From an uncultured Phycisphaerales bacterium (GTDB lineage Bacteria > Planctomycetota > Phycisphaerae > Sedimentisphaerales > Anaerobacaceae): a DNA stretch of 64,000 nt. Where the stretch lies: assembly GCA_963772725.1 (NCBI GenBank), contig CAVYYI010000005.1:239229-303228 (forward strand). Direction: 5' to 3'. Position numbers and translations under genes: made by a program. Shown here piece after piece: positions 41,963 to 53,574 of the stretch. Numbering within the stretch: the stretch's first letter is position 1; the number at the start of each line of letters is the position of its first letter. The notes under the pieces were generated by a model. The model was not told the origin of the DNA and searched no databases. It was given only the letters and a program-made list of their open reading frames with translations.

Positions 41963-44900
41963 TTAATTATCCTTAGAAGGAACAATTACTAGCTCACTGT
42001 TCGGTTCCGACCCGGCAAGGTTGAGTCCGTTGATCTTCAGTACCCAGGCGTGCTCGCAGGGTTTCTGGGAGGGCAGGGTGACAACGAGACCGTTGTCTTG
42101 GCGGCTGTACTCAAGTTTTGCATCCGAACCAAGCAGCTGGATACTGGAAATATCGCCCTTGATAGCGGTCTGCTTCTTGCCGAGAGTCTTGATTGTCAGT
42201 TTGCCGGTTTCCGGCCAAACAAAGGCGATTGCGTAGAGGGTATCGCCCTTGGTCGTGAAGCGGATGTCCTCGGACGTGTAAACCTGCGGATTGCGTTCAT
42301 TCAAGTGAAAGCTGGCCGACTTGGCTTGCTGGAAGCCTTCACCGAATACTTTCCATGGGCGCGTTCCAAAAATGGCTTCACTGTTCGGTTTCATCCATTT
42401 GGCGATGCTCTCGAGGCAGGCGACTTCATCACTGTCTATCGTGCCGTCGCCCTTGACAGGGATATTCAGGAGGAGATTACCATTCTTACTGACAATATCT
42501 ACAAGGAGATGAATAACATTTGTTGGTGTTTTGTAGCCGTGCTTATCATATATACTTGCCAAGTAGTGCCAGTTGCCGAGGCAGGTGTCGGTCTGCCATG
42601 GCTCGGGCAGGATGCCATCGGCTTTGCCGCGCTCAATGTCCATGACGAGGCATTTTCGCTGGTCTCCTTTCAGTGCCTTGGTATTCATCACGGCTTCATT
42701 TGTGCCGTTGTGCCATAGGATGCTGGAATTGTAGTAGTGCGCGGCAATCCTCAAACCGGCATCGCTGCTGCTTGCGAGCGGCATCCCCCCGTCGTCGAAA
42801 TACAGAAGGTCGGGCTTGTACTTGTTGATGAGGTCCACAGTCCGGTTGAAGAATTTGTCGCAGTACGCCTTGTCGGGTTTCTCACCCGGCTTGTGGTTCT
42901 GCGCGTAAAGGTCCTGTGGATCCAGGCCATCCCACCACTGTCCCTTGCCGTCGGCCTTGGTCAGCTTTCCGTCATAGGGGACCCCCGCCATAGGCCCGTT
43001 TGTGTCAGAACCCTGTGCAACCTCGTACCACCTCCACGAGCGAGCTGCATGGACAGATATTCCATAGCGAAGACCGTTCTTACGAACTGCCTTTTCCCAC
43101 ATGCCGACAAGGTCCTTCCTGGGGCCGACATTTACCGAATTCCACGGCTGGTACTTGGAGTCATAGCAGTCGAAATTGCAGTGGTGGTTTGCGAGGGCCA
43201 CAAAATATTTTGCCCCGGCGCGTTTGTAGAGTTCGATAAGCTTATCCGGATCAAACTTTTCTGCCTTCCACATGTTACAGATATCCTTGAACCCGACCTT
43301 TGACGGATGCCCATAGTGTTCGACGTGGTATTTATAACACCTTTCGTTGCCCTGGACGTACATGTTCCTGGCATACCAGTCACCCTGTTCGGGCTGGCAC
43401 TGTGCACTCCAGTGAGCCCATATACCGAACTTCGCGTCGCGGAACCAGTCGGGGCACTTGTACTGTTTCAGTGATTCCCAGCTTGGCTTGAACTGGCCTT
43501 CCAGCATCTTCTCGCCGGATGCCTCGTCCGCCGCGCGGATTTTCAACGCGAACGCGGTCTTGCCGGCGAATTCTCCCGGCAACGCGACATGTACGCCGGT
43601 TTCATCGCGGGTGAATTCCAGTTTGCCGCCACCGACCAGCCGCACGCTGCCGATTTTGCCCGGCCAGTTCGGGGAGTTGGCCGCCAGCGATTTGATGGTC
43701 ACTTTGCCGTCCTTGGGAATTTCCAGCACGATGGCATAAAGCGTCTTGCCGTCTTTCGATTGCGTGAAGCGGATGTCCTCCGCCGTGAACGGCTTTTTCT
43801 GCACATCGCTCTGGCCGTCGAAATGCCCCTTTCTCATCGCTCTTCACAGACGGGCCTTCGCCATAACATCTTCCACGGGCGCGTCGCGTAGATCGCCTCG
43901 CCGTTGACCTTCAGCCACGCGCCGATTTCGCTGACGATTTTGATTTCCTCCGCGTCCGGCTGGCCGTCGCGCTGCAGCGGCACGCTCAACATCAGGTTGC
44001 CGTTCTTGCTGACGATGTCGGCCAGCATCCTGATGACCTCGGGCGGCGGATTTGTAGCCGTGGTGGTTGAAGATGTCCTGGTCGTAATGCCACGAGCCGA
44101 TGCAGGTGTCGGTCTGCCAAGGCTGGGGCAAGATGCGACCTCCGCCTTGCCGCGCTCGATGTCATAGACCAGCGCCTGGCGCTGCATTTCGTTGAGCTTC
44201 TTGGTGTTCATCACCGCCTCGTTGCGGCCGTGTTGCTCGAATGCTCGTGTTGTAGAAGTGCGCGGCCAGAGTCAGGCCGATCTCGTCCGTGACGCCGTGC
44301 ATCGGCAGCACGCTGTCATCGAAATAAATCTGGTCGGGCTGGTAATCATCCCAGAGCTGCTTGGTGCGCATGAAAAATTTTTCCATGTAGGCCGCGTCCG
44401 GCGTGCTGCTGCCTTTGGCGGATCCCAATTCCAGTCCATCCTGGTGCCCGGCTTGTGGTTTTGCGCGTAGAGGTCCTGCGGGTCAAGGCCGTCCCACCAC
44501 TGGCCCTTGCCGTCGGCCTTGGTGAGCTTGCCGTCGTAGGGCACGCCGGCCAGCGGGCCGTCCTTGTCCGCGCCCTGCGCCGGCTCATACCACGACCACG
44601 CACGCGAGGCGTGGACACTCACGCCGAAGCGCAGGCCGCTCTTTTCGTGCCGCCGCCGCCCAGCCGCCGATCAAATCCTTTTGCGGTCCGAGCGCCACGG
44701 AATTCCACGGCTGATATTTGGAATTGTAGTTGTCGAAGTTGTCGTGGTGGTTGGCCAGCGCCATGAAATACTTCGCGCCGTTCTCCTTGTAGAAAGCCAC
44801 CAGCTGGTCGGGATCAAAGTGCTCCGCTTTCCAGTGATGGATCACATCCTTGAAACCGTTGGTCGAGGGATGGCCGTAACTTCCAGATGCGTGTGTAGGC

Positions 44901-45248
44901 GGGTTGTAGTTTGATGCTGCCGGGACCTTCATACATGCTGCGCGCATACCAGTCGCCGTGCTCCGGCTCGCACTGCGGCCCCCAATGCGCCCAGATGCCG
45001 AACTTCGCGTCGCGAAACCATTCCGGCGTCTGGTAATTCGTGAGCGAATTCCAGTCCGCCTTGAACGGGCCCTCGGCAATCGGCGGCAACTTGAGTTGGC
45101 TGGGTAGATTCGTCTGCGCGTCCGCCGCGAATGAAGCGGGAAGGAATATGCAAAATGCGGCAGTTACTGATAGGACACAGGTTTTGATATGCAGTGAGTT
45201 CATATTACGCATCGATGTCGTTACGTTTGTTCTTGTTTTGTTTTTCAT
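41963..45248 (-). CDS. Tandem GH29-GH29 fucosidase fusion; the first domain is broken by many frameshifts
   Basis: Domain 1 pieces in successive frames (44814..45248, 44585..45079, 44272..44622, 44162..44428, 43834..44214, 43844..44131) lead into ORF 41963..43837, which holds the domain 1 beta-sandwich fused in frame to a complete second GH29. Confidence 0.75.
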
Positions 45249-45998
45249 CTTAATTTCTCCATTATTATCGTTTATCGTTATTTTCTTTAATTTTATACAT
45301 ATTTCCCTGAAAGTACCAGCTAAACCATTGTTTAGTCAACAGTTTTCACGGAAAACTCATTTCTTCTTTTTCTGATAACGTCGTTCTATTTCTGTACTTC
45401 AAGTTTATCATTCAACTCATAGCTTTTACCCTTCTCTGTATCAAATTCTATATACTTGTCCTGGTATTTTACTTTACATTTATTTCCGTTAAGCGATTTA
45501 ATTTCAGCATTTGAGAGTTTTCCTTTTGCCCAGTTAATACCAACCACAAACCCTCCGCGGGCACGCAGTCCCTTAACATATCCATCCTTCCAGGCCTTCG
45601 GTAAAGCAGGCAGGAGATGAATTGGCCCGGCACCTGCTTCTTGATTGATACTGTGCGATTGCAAAAGCATTTCAGCAATACCGGCTGAACCTGTCATATT
45701 ACCGTCGCTTTGAAATACAGGCGGAACACGTGGCGCCGAGCTAAACAAATTTGGAAAGCTCGTTTTACCAATCAATGCAAGAAGGTTTTTGTAAGCTTCT
45801 TCGCCGTCCTGCAGCCGCGCCCACCAGTTTACAAGCCAGGATAATGTCCAGCTTGTATTTCCTGCATGTGTAATGTTGACAGTACCTGCCGTACTGCCCG
45901 CATGAGCCAATCGATATTCCAAAGTCTTTCTTGCAGCCGCAGCAAGTTCCGGAGTACCTTCAGGAGTTATCTGATAACCGGGATACAAAGCATAAAGA

Positions 45999-47526
45999 GA
46001 CTCTGTAGCATCTTTACCGGCAACATACCATTCCAGTCCTCTCATTATGAAGCATTGTTATAGTTTGTAAACGGCCTTGGGACTGCTCGTCACGCTGCAT
46101 ATCAATGGCCACACGCTGGCTAATATGGTCTTGAGTTCGCACTCTATAGACACTCTTTTGCATCTTTCGATGACGACGATAACCTCGTTCAACCGCGTTG
46201 GATGTCGATGGCAGTTGTGAATCATCGAGAAAGGTCAACGCCTTTTCAATATTCGGCGTAAATAGTTTCTTAAGAGTTTGACCCAACGTTTTGAATCGTC
46301 GAACATGGCGGCGCAAGACAGCCAACCTTTCCAAGGCTGTTTCCGTGCGGCAACGGCGATCAAAGAGTCTGTAGACCTGATCCATGATCGAACGTAAATT
46401 TTTCAGATTGTGGCATTTTCGCGTTATACGTGAGAATATCTTCTTGTCTGCCTTACTGAGCGAATGCTGCACAAACAAGTGTCGATGCTCAAACAAATCG
46501 GCAATCTCATCGGTCTGTTTTTTCTTTCGAGATGCCGCTTTTCTCGCGGTTGAGGACGATGGACGGCCGCGTTGCAGCTTGGGCAGCTTCTTTTTGAGTT
46601 CTCGTCGCACCCGCGTAACAGCTTTGAGTATTTCTCTATTGATCTCCTTGAGAACATGAAATTCACATACCTGGTGGGCAACACCGGGGAATATCAGAGC
46701 CAGCGGCTCCGGGTATAACGGCGAGCCATCGGTCGTAACACCAAGCAGTGTCAGACCTCTTTGATCCAGTTCCGTACGGAACCGACGAAAGAAGTTTATC
46801 ATATCTTCATGGGTGGGATTATGGTCAAGAACATCGTAAATGAGCCGTTTGAACGTGCGGTTATCCACGATGGACAATACACAGAACGGCCCATCATATA
46901 ATTCATCCGCCGCGATATAACCGGAGAAATCAGTCAGAACACCATCAAGGTATTCAGCAGTAATTCGTTTCTCAGCTTTTTCCCCCCGTCGCTTCAACCC
47001 AGTTTTGAATTGTAGCCCAGGGGACGAAAACCCGATGATCTCGCCATAAGTGCCAGGATGCCGGCCGATATGGCAGGCCGTCTTCCACAACCAATCGCAC
47101 TGCCAGGTGAACAACCCGGCGGGTATAGTGGCAGCCGGGATCCGCAAGGTCGCACAGGTCGGCATTGAAGTACTTCTTGCATTTTGAACAGCAGTGCTGT
47201 GAATAACTGACCCAAAGGTCGATTGGACGGTTGCCAGCCAAGTCTCCGAGGTCATGCAGTTTTCGTCTGAATATTTTGTCCCGATAGGATGGGTGGCCGC
47301 AATAGGGGCACGGACGCTTTTTGTATGTGCGTGAAAGTCGTTTGATTTTAGCTTTGGGTAAATCTTTAACACACGTAATACCTTCCGTTACATCCGATAC
47401 ATATTCACCTGGCCCAGCCATAATCGTGTCTCCTGAAAAATTCAGTTTATTTCTGTTCTTCCAGGAGTTTTATCGGCTAAGACACCAAGATTTCCTTAAA
47501 TATACCGGTATTTATGCTACAGTCAC
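45999..47526 (-). mobile_element. 1528-bp DDE insertion sequence of uncertain family (ISH6/IS6/IS256-like features)
   Basis: 8-bp target duplication CATAAAGA at 45991-45998 and 47527-47534; imperfect inverted repeats GTGACTGTAGCATAAATACCGG and GACTCTGTAGCATCTTTACCGG (16/22). Confidence 0.9.
46014..47421 (-). CDS. Transposase in two frames joined at G6A5G (near 46976-46987)
   Basis: N-part CPYC...CSKC zinc finger plus HTH; C-part AADELYDG, TTDGSPLY, HQVCEFH, TSNAVER. Confidence 0.85.
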
Positions 47527-49520
47527 CATAAAGATGGGAAATATGCCGATGGCCCGGCTCGACTTCGGGAAATTCGCGGTCCCATTCAAGGAGTCTGCCA
47601 TCAGAGCCAATTTCAGGGCCGGCAAGATTGGACTGTGCCTTGCGTACATCCTGCACAAATTTATCTTCGATTCCTAAGATTTTCGCGGCTTCAAGGCAGT
47701 TGTTAAACGTCTGCCAGATAATCTGCTGGTCCATCGCAGGCCCCATTGCCACACCAACCTTCGTGCCGTCTTTGGCAATAAAGCGGTTTTCAGGTGAGAT
47801 AGAAGGTCCGCTGACAAGTTTACCAGTCTGAGGATTTTCCACCAGCCAGTCAAGAAAGAACAGTGAAGCATCCTTTATAATAGGCCAAGCTCTTTCAGAA
47901 AGAAATTTTTTATCCTGAGTATATAGATAATGTTCCCAAAGATGACTTGTTGTCTCTGCACCGCCTGTCGGCCAGATAGTAGCTCCAACATTTTTGCCGC
48001 TTTGTCCGGTAAACCACCAGACATCAGTTCTGTGATGTGCACAAAAACCCCGGCAATTGTAAAGCTGGCGGGCGGTTTCTGCCCCTCGCCGGCGAATACC
48101 ATCTATTAATATAAAAAAAGGTTCGTGAAGCTCTGAGAGATTGGTATTTTCCGCATGCCAATACTGCATCTGCCCATTTATATTGAGATGATAGCCGCAC
48201 AACCAGGGCGGATTCAATTCTCTGTTCCACAAACCCTGCAAATTTGCCGGCAGCCCGCCTTCTCGTGAAGAACTTATCAATAAATACCTGCCATATTGAA
48301 AGTAAAGCCCAACAAGACTAAGGTCTTCTTCGCCGCTCTTCATCGCTTCAAGCCGTTTGTTAGTTGGTATATTTGATTTATTTTCTCCGCCAAGCTCAAT
48401 ATCAACGCGATTAAAATACTTTTTGTAATCGGCCAGATGTGCATCACGCAGTTGCTCATACGTTTTACCTGATGCCGCTGCCAGTTGGTTTTTGCAGACT
48501 ACCGCCATGTCATCACCATAATAATCAGTTTTCGCTGTCAAAAGCAACATAGCTGAATCAGCTTTTTCAATATGAAGACCACGGCCGTCTGCGGAAACTT
48601 TACCTCCTTGTACGATTGCTTTAAGACATGCCTCGAACTTTACGCCCTTACTGTCTTTGCCCTCATCAACCCTGCCGCTCATTACAATGGTGTCAGGTGC
48701 TGTTGCGGAAGTTTTTGCACATTCAATGCGGTTCATATTCACATCAACACTTATTCGCCCCCTCTTGTTACAGCTTAATCGAACAACTATTACCTGGTCA
48801 GGCCAACTACAGAAAACCTCTCTTCTAAACTCAGCATCACCTTCATTATAAGTTACTGCGGCAACAGCATTTTGAATATCCAATTCTCTCCGATAATTTG
48901 TGATAAAACCGGCAGGCCTCGTATCTATCCAAAGGTCTCCTAACGACTGGTAGCAATGGGTATTATCGGGACCCTTCATTTCCTCCTTTATGAGGTCTTC
49001 TGCCTGTTTGTACTTACCATCGAATAAAAGCCCGCGAATTTGAGGCAAATATTTATAAGCTCCTTTCCGGTTAAAATCGAGCTTTTCGCTTCCGGACCAG
49101 ACCGTATCTTCGTTAAGCTGGATATGCTCCCGCTCAATACCCCCATAGACCATTCCTCCGAGCCGGCCATTGCCGACAGGCAATGCCTCAAACCAATCTT
49201 TTGCCGGTTGCTGGTACCACAATTGCCATTGGTCTGCCATGAGTTGCCCCTGCGATAACCGTTATCGCTAACAATATGAAAGATTTTATTCCAGATAAAT
49301 CATGTTCAAAATGTTTCGACGGCATACTTTTTCTCCTTTCCACAAAAAAAATAGCATTGGCCGATTTTAAATTCGATAAAAGCAATTCCATCAGCGGACG
49401 TTTTCCTGGCTGGGAAATAATCGCCGACTCGTTGTCAGGTGGGATCGTGATATTACTGTGTATAATGCGTTCTTTCATATCGCCTGCCTTATCATAACGC
49501 TTAGGAGGTTATGAAATGGC

Positions 49521-49582
49521 TTGTAGATGTTGATGATTGGTGGAAGGCTTTGGAAAAAATTTATTCAAAACAACACCTCATC
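49521..49582 (+). mobile_element. IS982 transposase remnant (~60 bp)
   Basis: TTGTAGATGTTGATGATTGGTGGAAGGCTTTGGAAAAAATTTAT matches the 5' coding part of both IS982 copies (VDVDDxWK). Confidence 0.7.
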
Positions 49583-49608
49583 AGCACTACAGTATTAAAA
49601 TTCTTGCC

Positions 49609-52176
49609 TTATAGTTCCTTGATTTTAATATCCTTGTACCAGACTTCACCCGGCAAACCGCCGTGTATCTGAACGGCGATTATACCGGATTGCTTGGCGA
49701 TTTCAGGGTCGGTTTCCACATAATCGACTGTCTGGACGCCGTTTACAAAGAGCTGAATCCTGTTGTCAACGCACCTTATCTTATAATCATTCCAATCGTT
49801 ATCCTTGATGGTTTTCTGTACTTCTTTAGAAACAGGTACAAGGAATTTCCTACGCCTGCTTTCATCATATAAAGCTCCCCAGATTCCTTTACAGAGGTCT
49901 GCCTGATAGCCAATTACCTCAAAGTGATTTAGCCTACGCCTGCTGCGAAACTGTATCCCTCCATTGACCCTTGGCGCCGAGGTCTTGACTTTTACTTGCA
50001 GCTCGAAGTTGAAGTATTCCTTCTTCGTCGCGAGAAAAAAGTTATGCGGGATTTTTTCTCCGAGAAGCTTACCAGCAACGATAGCGCCATCCTCGATGCG
50101 AAACCAGCCGAGGTCGCCTTCCCAGCCAACAAATGTCTTACTATCGAACAAATAATGAAACTGCCCATCGGAAACTTTCGGTGCGGTAGCGGTATCTTTA
50201 GAATCCTCTATCGTTTTTATCAGGTTATTGACCTGGTCACGCACTGCCTGATTCGATGCCTTCTCCGCAACTTCCAATGCAATCGTCTTTGCCAGGTCAG
50301 GCTGAGTGCTTATAATAGCCTTAGCTGTTTGGATTGCCGCAAGACAGGCCTCATCTCCAACCTGCGGGTCGTTTAGATATTTGCGTAATACCGCGAAAGA
50401 GGACGGATGTTGTAATGACGCAAGACCACCAAGAATATTTTTTCGCTCAGCCACTGTATTCACATCCTCCATAAGCTCACCATATATCCCTGCTTTCTTT
50501 TCCCGCGCAATTAGCTTATCCTGCTCAAGAATCCTGACATAACCGCGTAAGGCAAGGACACTATGCACCTTATTGTCGGTGTTGTGAAAGATTTCGAGCA
50601 GAGTATCCAAAGCTTCTGCATTAGGCCATTCAGTAATCGCCCGAACAGCGGCATCTTTTATCTGCTCATTTTCATCTTTCATTGAAGATTTAATTATTTC
50701 AAACGCCTTGTCGTTCGCGATACCGCCTAAAATGCGGATAAAGGAACACCGAACAGCAATTTTATTTTCCTGTTCAAGTGCTTTTATAACCGCATCTGCC
50801 CGTTTTGATTCATCGGGGATTCTCCCGGAAACAAGAACGACCGCTCTTTCAACTTCATTTCGACCGGCGTCACTCTCGAGATTTCCAGCAAGGCTAACGA
50901 TTCTGCCAATATCTTCCGGGCCAGCCAGTTTTCCCAATGCCGTAAATGCCGCACTGCGAACTTTAATATTTGGGCTTTGTGCTTTTGGAAAAATAGTGTT
51001 TACCGCGACGGTCGCGTTTCTGTCTGAAAGCACTTCTATCAGCTCCGCCGCTATTTCATCATTTTGTGCATTCTTAATACTTTCTATAATTGCTTCATCA
51101 ACGCCGTCACCATTTATTGTTCGCAGGCTTATGAGCGCGGCGGCAGCCTCATCGCCTCCGGCATTAACGACTTTTAGAAGCGCAGGCACACTCGAAACAT
51201 TACCGACCTGGCCCATAGCTTTTAACGATTCGATACGAACCTCTGAAATTTTACTTTCGGCTAAAACTTTTACAATCTCGATTGCCTTTGGGTCTTTACG
51301 CTCCGCTATTACCTTAATCAACAGCACCTGAATTCCCGGATTGAACCCTGCCATATCGGCGGCCAACTTTGTGGTTACCTCGGGGCCGGATATTTCACGC
51401 GCAGCACGCAGTGAAACCTTTACCATTGCGGGGTCATCTGATTTAAGCTGCTCAATAAGTAATGGCAATCCGGCGGAGCCGCTGGCAAGAATCACTCCAT
51501 AAGTCGCTGCCGCTCGCGCCTGCACTGGTACATCGGCCTTGCGAACAGCATCATAAAGTTCCAAAGCCTCTTTCCGTTTGTTCACAGCCAACAAATGTTC
51601 AGCGCTGGTAAGGCACGCCTCCGCAGCGGCGGGACGCAGTGTTGCAGGCCCTGCGGTCATAACCTGACGAACAGTTTCAATCGCCTGGTCTGTGGCAATC
51701 CTGCCCAACGCAGCCAGAGCTTCCGCGGATGCCCCTGACGAGGGGTCCTTTGCAAGCTTGTTTAAATAACTCACTGCCTTGACATCTCGTCGAACTCCGA
51801 TTGAATTAACCACTCCAATCAGCATTCTGCCTCGGCACCTGCCCAATGCCTCACGAAAACAATCATCAACGCTCGGGTCTTGAATCGCTTCCAGTGCAAG
51901 CCGTGCGTAATCACCAAGGGACTCATCGCTCAAAAAAGCCGCTAATACAGGAACAGCCTCTTTGGTGCCGATAACAGCTAATTTCCGGCATGCTGCAGCT
52001 TTGTCAAACAACGGTGCCTCAGAACGCAGAACCGCTATCTGCTTTTGTTCCTCTTCGCTTTTGAGAGGAATATCCTTTGCCGCGGTCAGAGCCTCTTGAG
52101 CAATCAGAAATGGCGAGGCGGCAAATATAATAAAAAATACCGCGATGGTTGTTGTAATATGTTGTTGTACTTTCAT
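49609..52176 (-). CDS. Secreted HEAT-repeat protein fused to a C-terminal DUF1080 (3-keto-glycoside hydratase-like) domain
   Basis: Repeated helical A..ALG units; LFDSKTFVGWEG, NGGIQFRS, GYQAD, WNDYKI, GIIAVQIH, YKDIKIKEL. Confidence 0.88.
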   Translation of the reverse strand: MKVQQHITTTIAVFFIIFAASPFLIAQEALTAAKDIPLKSEEEQKQIAVLRSEAPLFDKAAACRKLAVIGTKEAVPVLAAFLSDESLGDYARLALEAIQDPSVDDCFREALGRCRGRMLIGVVNSIGVRRDVKAVSYLNKLAKDPSSGASAEALAALGRIATDQAIETVRQVMTAGPATLRPAAAEACLTSAEHLLAVNKRKEALELYDAVRKADVPVQARAAATYGVILASGSAGLPLLIEQLKSDDPAMVKVSLRAAREISGPEVTTKLAADMAGFNPGIQVLLIKVIAERKDPKAIEIVKVLAESKISEVRIESLKAMGQVGNVSSVPALLKVVNAGGDEAAAALISLRTINGDGVDEAIIESIKNAQNDEIAAELIEVLSDRNATVAVNTIFPKAQSPNIKVRSAAFTALGKLAGPEDIGRIVSLAGNLESDAGRNEVERAVVLVSGRIPDESKRADAVIKALEQENKIAVRCSFIRILGGIANDKAFEIIKSSMKDENEQIKDAAVRAITEWPNAEALDTLLEIFHNTDNKVHSVLALRGYVRILEQDKLIAREKKAGIYGELMEDVNTVAERKNILGGLASLQHPSSFAVLRKYLNDPQVGDEACLAAIQTAKAIISTQPDLAKTIALEVAEKASNQAVRDQVNNLIKTIEDSKDTATAPKVSDGQFHYLFDSKTFVGWEGDLGWFRIEDGAIVAGKLLGEKIPHNFFLATKKEYFNFELQVKVKTSAPRVNGGIQFRSRRRLNHFEVIGYQADLCKGIWGALYDESRRRKFLVPVSKEVQKTIKDNDWNDYKIRCVDNRIQLFVNGVQTVDYVETDPEIAKQSGIIAVQIHGGLPGEVWYKDIKIKEL

Positions 52177-52233
52177 AATTAAATCCTTTCGATTAATGGT
52201 TAACATAAATATGGAATATTTCGAACTATTTTT

Positions 52234-53532
52234 TTAAATATGCCATGGAGCCCGCATTGAGCGTGAACACATGCGGTTGGCCTGGTCATCTCCAACAAAA
52301 GTTTCACGAACAGGGTCAAACTTTACTGTCCTGCCAAGCTCCCATGCGATAGCCGCCCCGTAGCAGGCGATGTGCGAATGACGCATTATATTCGCGTTAA
52401 CCGCCGTCAAAGCCCTGGATTTAACGCAGTCAAAGAAATTACGCGTGTGCTGCGCAGGGCTGGTGCCGCCGGTTTTTATTATTCTCCACGTCTCAGGCCG
52501 CAGCGACTCGGGATAAACCTCGATACCACCGCTGTCCCCGGCCTCGACCCACCCTTGGTCGCCCACAAACCGCACCGGGCATGTCCCCAGGTGTGTTTGA
52601 TATTGCGGTGACCTGTTTCCGAACGGCGTCTTGAGAAAATCTAAAACCAACTCAACCCCGTTGGCATATAAGCCTGTTATTTTGTCTTCGTGCGGCGTGA
52701 ACTCAACCGGCGAACTGCCGTCCGAATTATTCGCCATCTGGCAAAGGTCAACCGTATGCACTCCCCAGTCAAGCATTCTCCAGCCTCCTTCGAAATCGGC
52801 ATGCTGACGCCATTGACCGTGGACATAAATTTGATTGTAAGGCCTCCACGGCGATGGTCCAAGCCATCTGTCCCAATCCACAATTTCCTTTGTCGGCTCA
52901 GGCTCAGCAGGCAGCCAGTCATAACGAATGCTCGGTCGGTAAACCGATGCGTGAAGTCTCTTGAGTTTACCAAGCTTTCCGCTTCGAGCCAGGGCAACAG
53001 CGATTTGAAAATTACTGATACTGCGCCTCTGCATTCCCGCCTGAAAAACTCGTTCGTAACGATTCATCACATTAGCCAGCTCCTGGGCTTCAGCTATTGT
53101 CATGCCGCAGGGCTTTTCACTATACACGTCCTTGCCCGCCTTGGCCGCCAATATAGACGCAAGAGCATGCCACCTGTCGCCGGTCACTATCAGCACCGCG
53201 TCAATATCAGGCCGTGCAAACAGTTCGAACATATCACGATATGCTGCACAATCTTTATTACCGTATTTGTCGTCAACCCTTTCTTTTGCCTGCTGGCGGC
53301 GGCTGGCTTGAACATCGCAAACCGCCACAAATCGTACATCAGGCTCATTAAGCATACTACCCAAAACAGCTCTCCCGCGATTGCCGAAACCTATCGCCCC
53401 CGCCGTAATCTTTTCACTTGGAGCAACAGCCCCATTTTTGCCCAGCACACTTGAGGGAATAAAGACTGGCAGCGCAATCGCAACAGCCGATTTCTTCAAA
53501 AACCCCCGTCGATTAATTAATTGTCTCTTCAT
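52234..53532 (-). CDS. Tat-exported Gfo/Idh/MocA oxidoreductase (paralog 1)
   Basis: NRRGFLK, GFGNRG, DRWH, YSEKP, QRRS, DWGVH. Confidence 0.92.
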   Translation of the reverse strand: MKRQLINRRGFLKKSAVAIALPVFIPSSVLGKNGAVAPSEKITAGAIGFGNRGRAVLGSMLNEPDVRFVAVCDVQASRRQQAKERVDDKYGNKDCAAYRDMFELFARPDIDAVLIVTGDRWHALASILAAKAGKDVYSEKPCGMTIAEAQELANVMNRYERVFQAGMQRRSISNFQIAVALARSGKLGKLKRLHASVYRPSIRYDWLPAEPEPTKEIVDWDRWLGPSPWRPYNQIYVHGQWRQHADFEGGWRMLDWGVHTVDLCQMANNSDGSSPVEFTPHEDKITGLYANGVELVLDFLKTPFGNRSPQYQTHLGTCPVRFVGDQGWVEAGDSGGIEVYPESLRPETWRIIKTGGTSPAQHTRNFFDCVKSRALTAVNANIMRHSHIACYGAAIAWELGRTVKFDPVRETFVGDDQANRMCSRSMRAPWHI

Positions 53533-53574
53533 ATCTTTGCCTCTTTCTTAATTTTTCAAATCCTTTTATTTTTT

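Larger units (their letters stand above)
45386..49325 (-). pseudogene. GH95 fucosidase interrupted by an IS
   Basis: HRHISHLY|IS|ALYPG: removing 45999-47526 and one 8-bp duplication restores the frame. The signal peptide from ATG 49325 needs one indel near 49248. Confidence 0.9.

Noticed and set aside
49330..49480. Short minus-strand ORF upstream of GH95, and a similar remnant at 38795-38997
   Set aside because: Possibly gene debris, but no family is recognisable.
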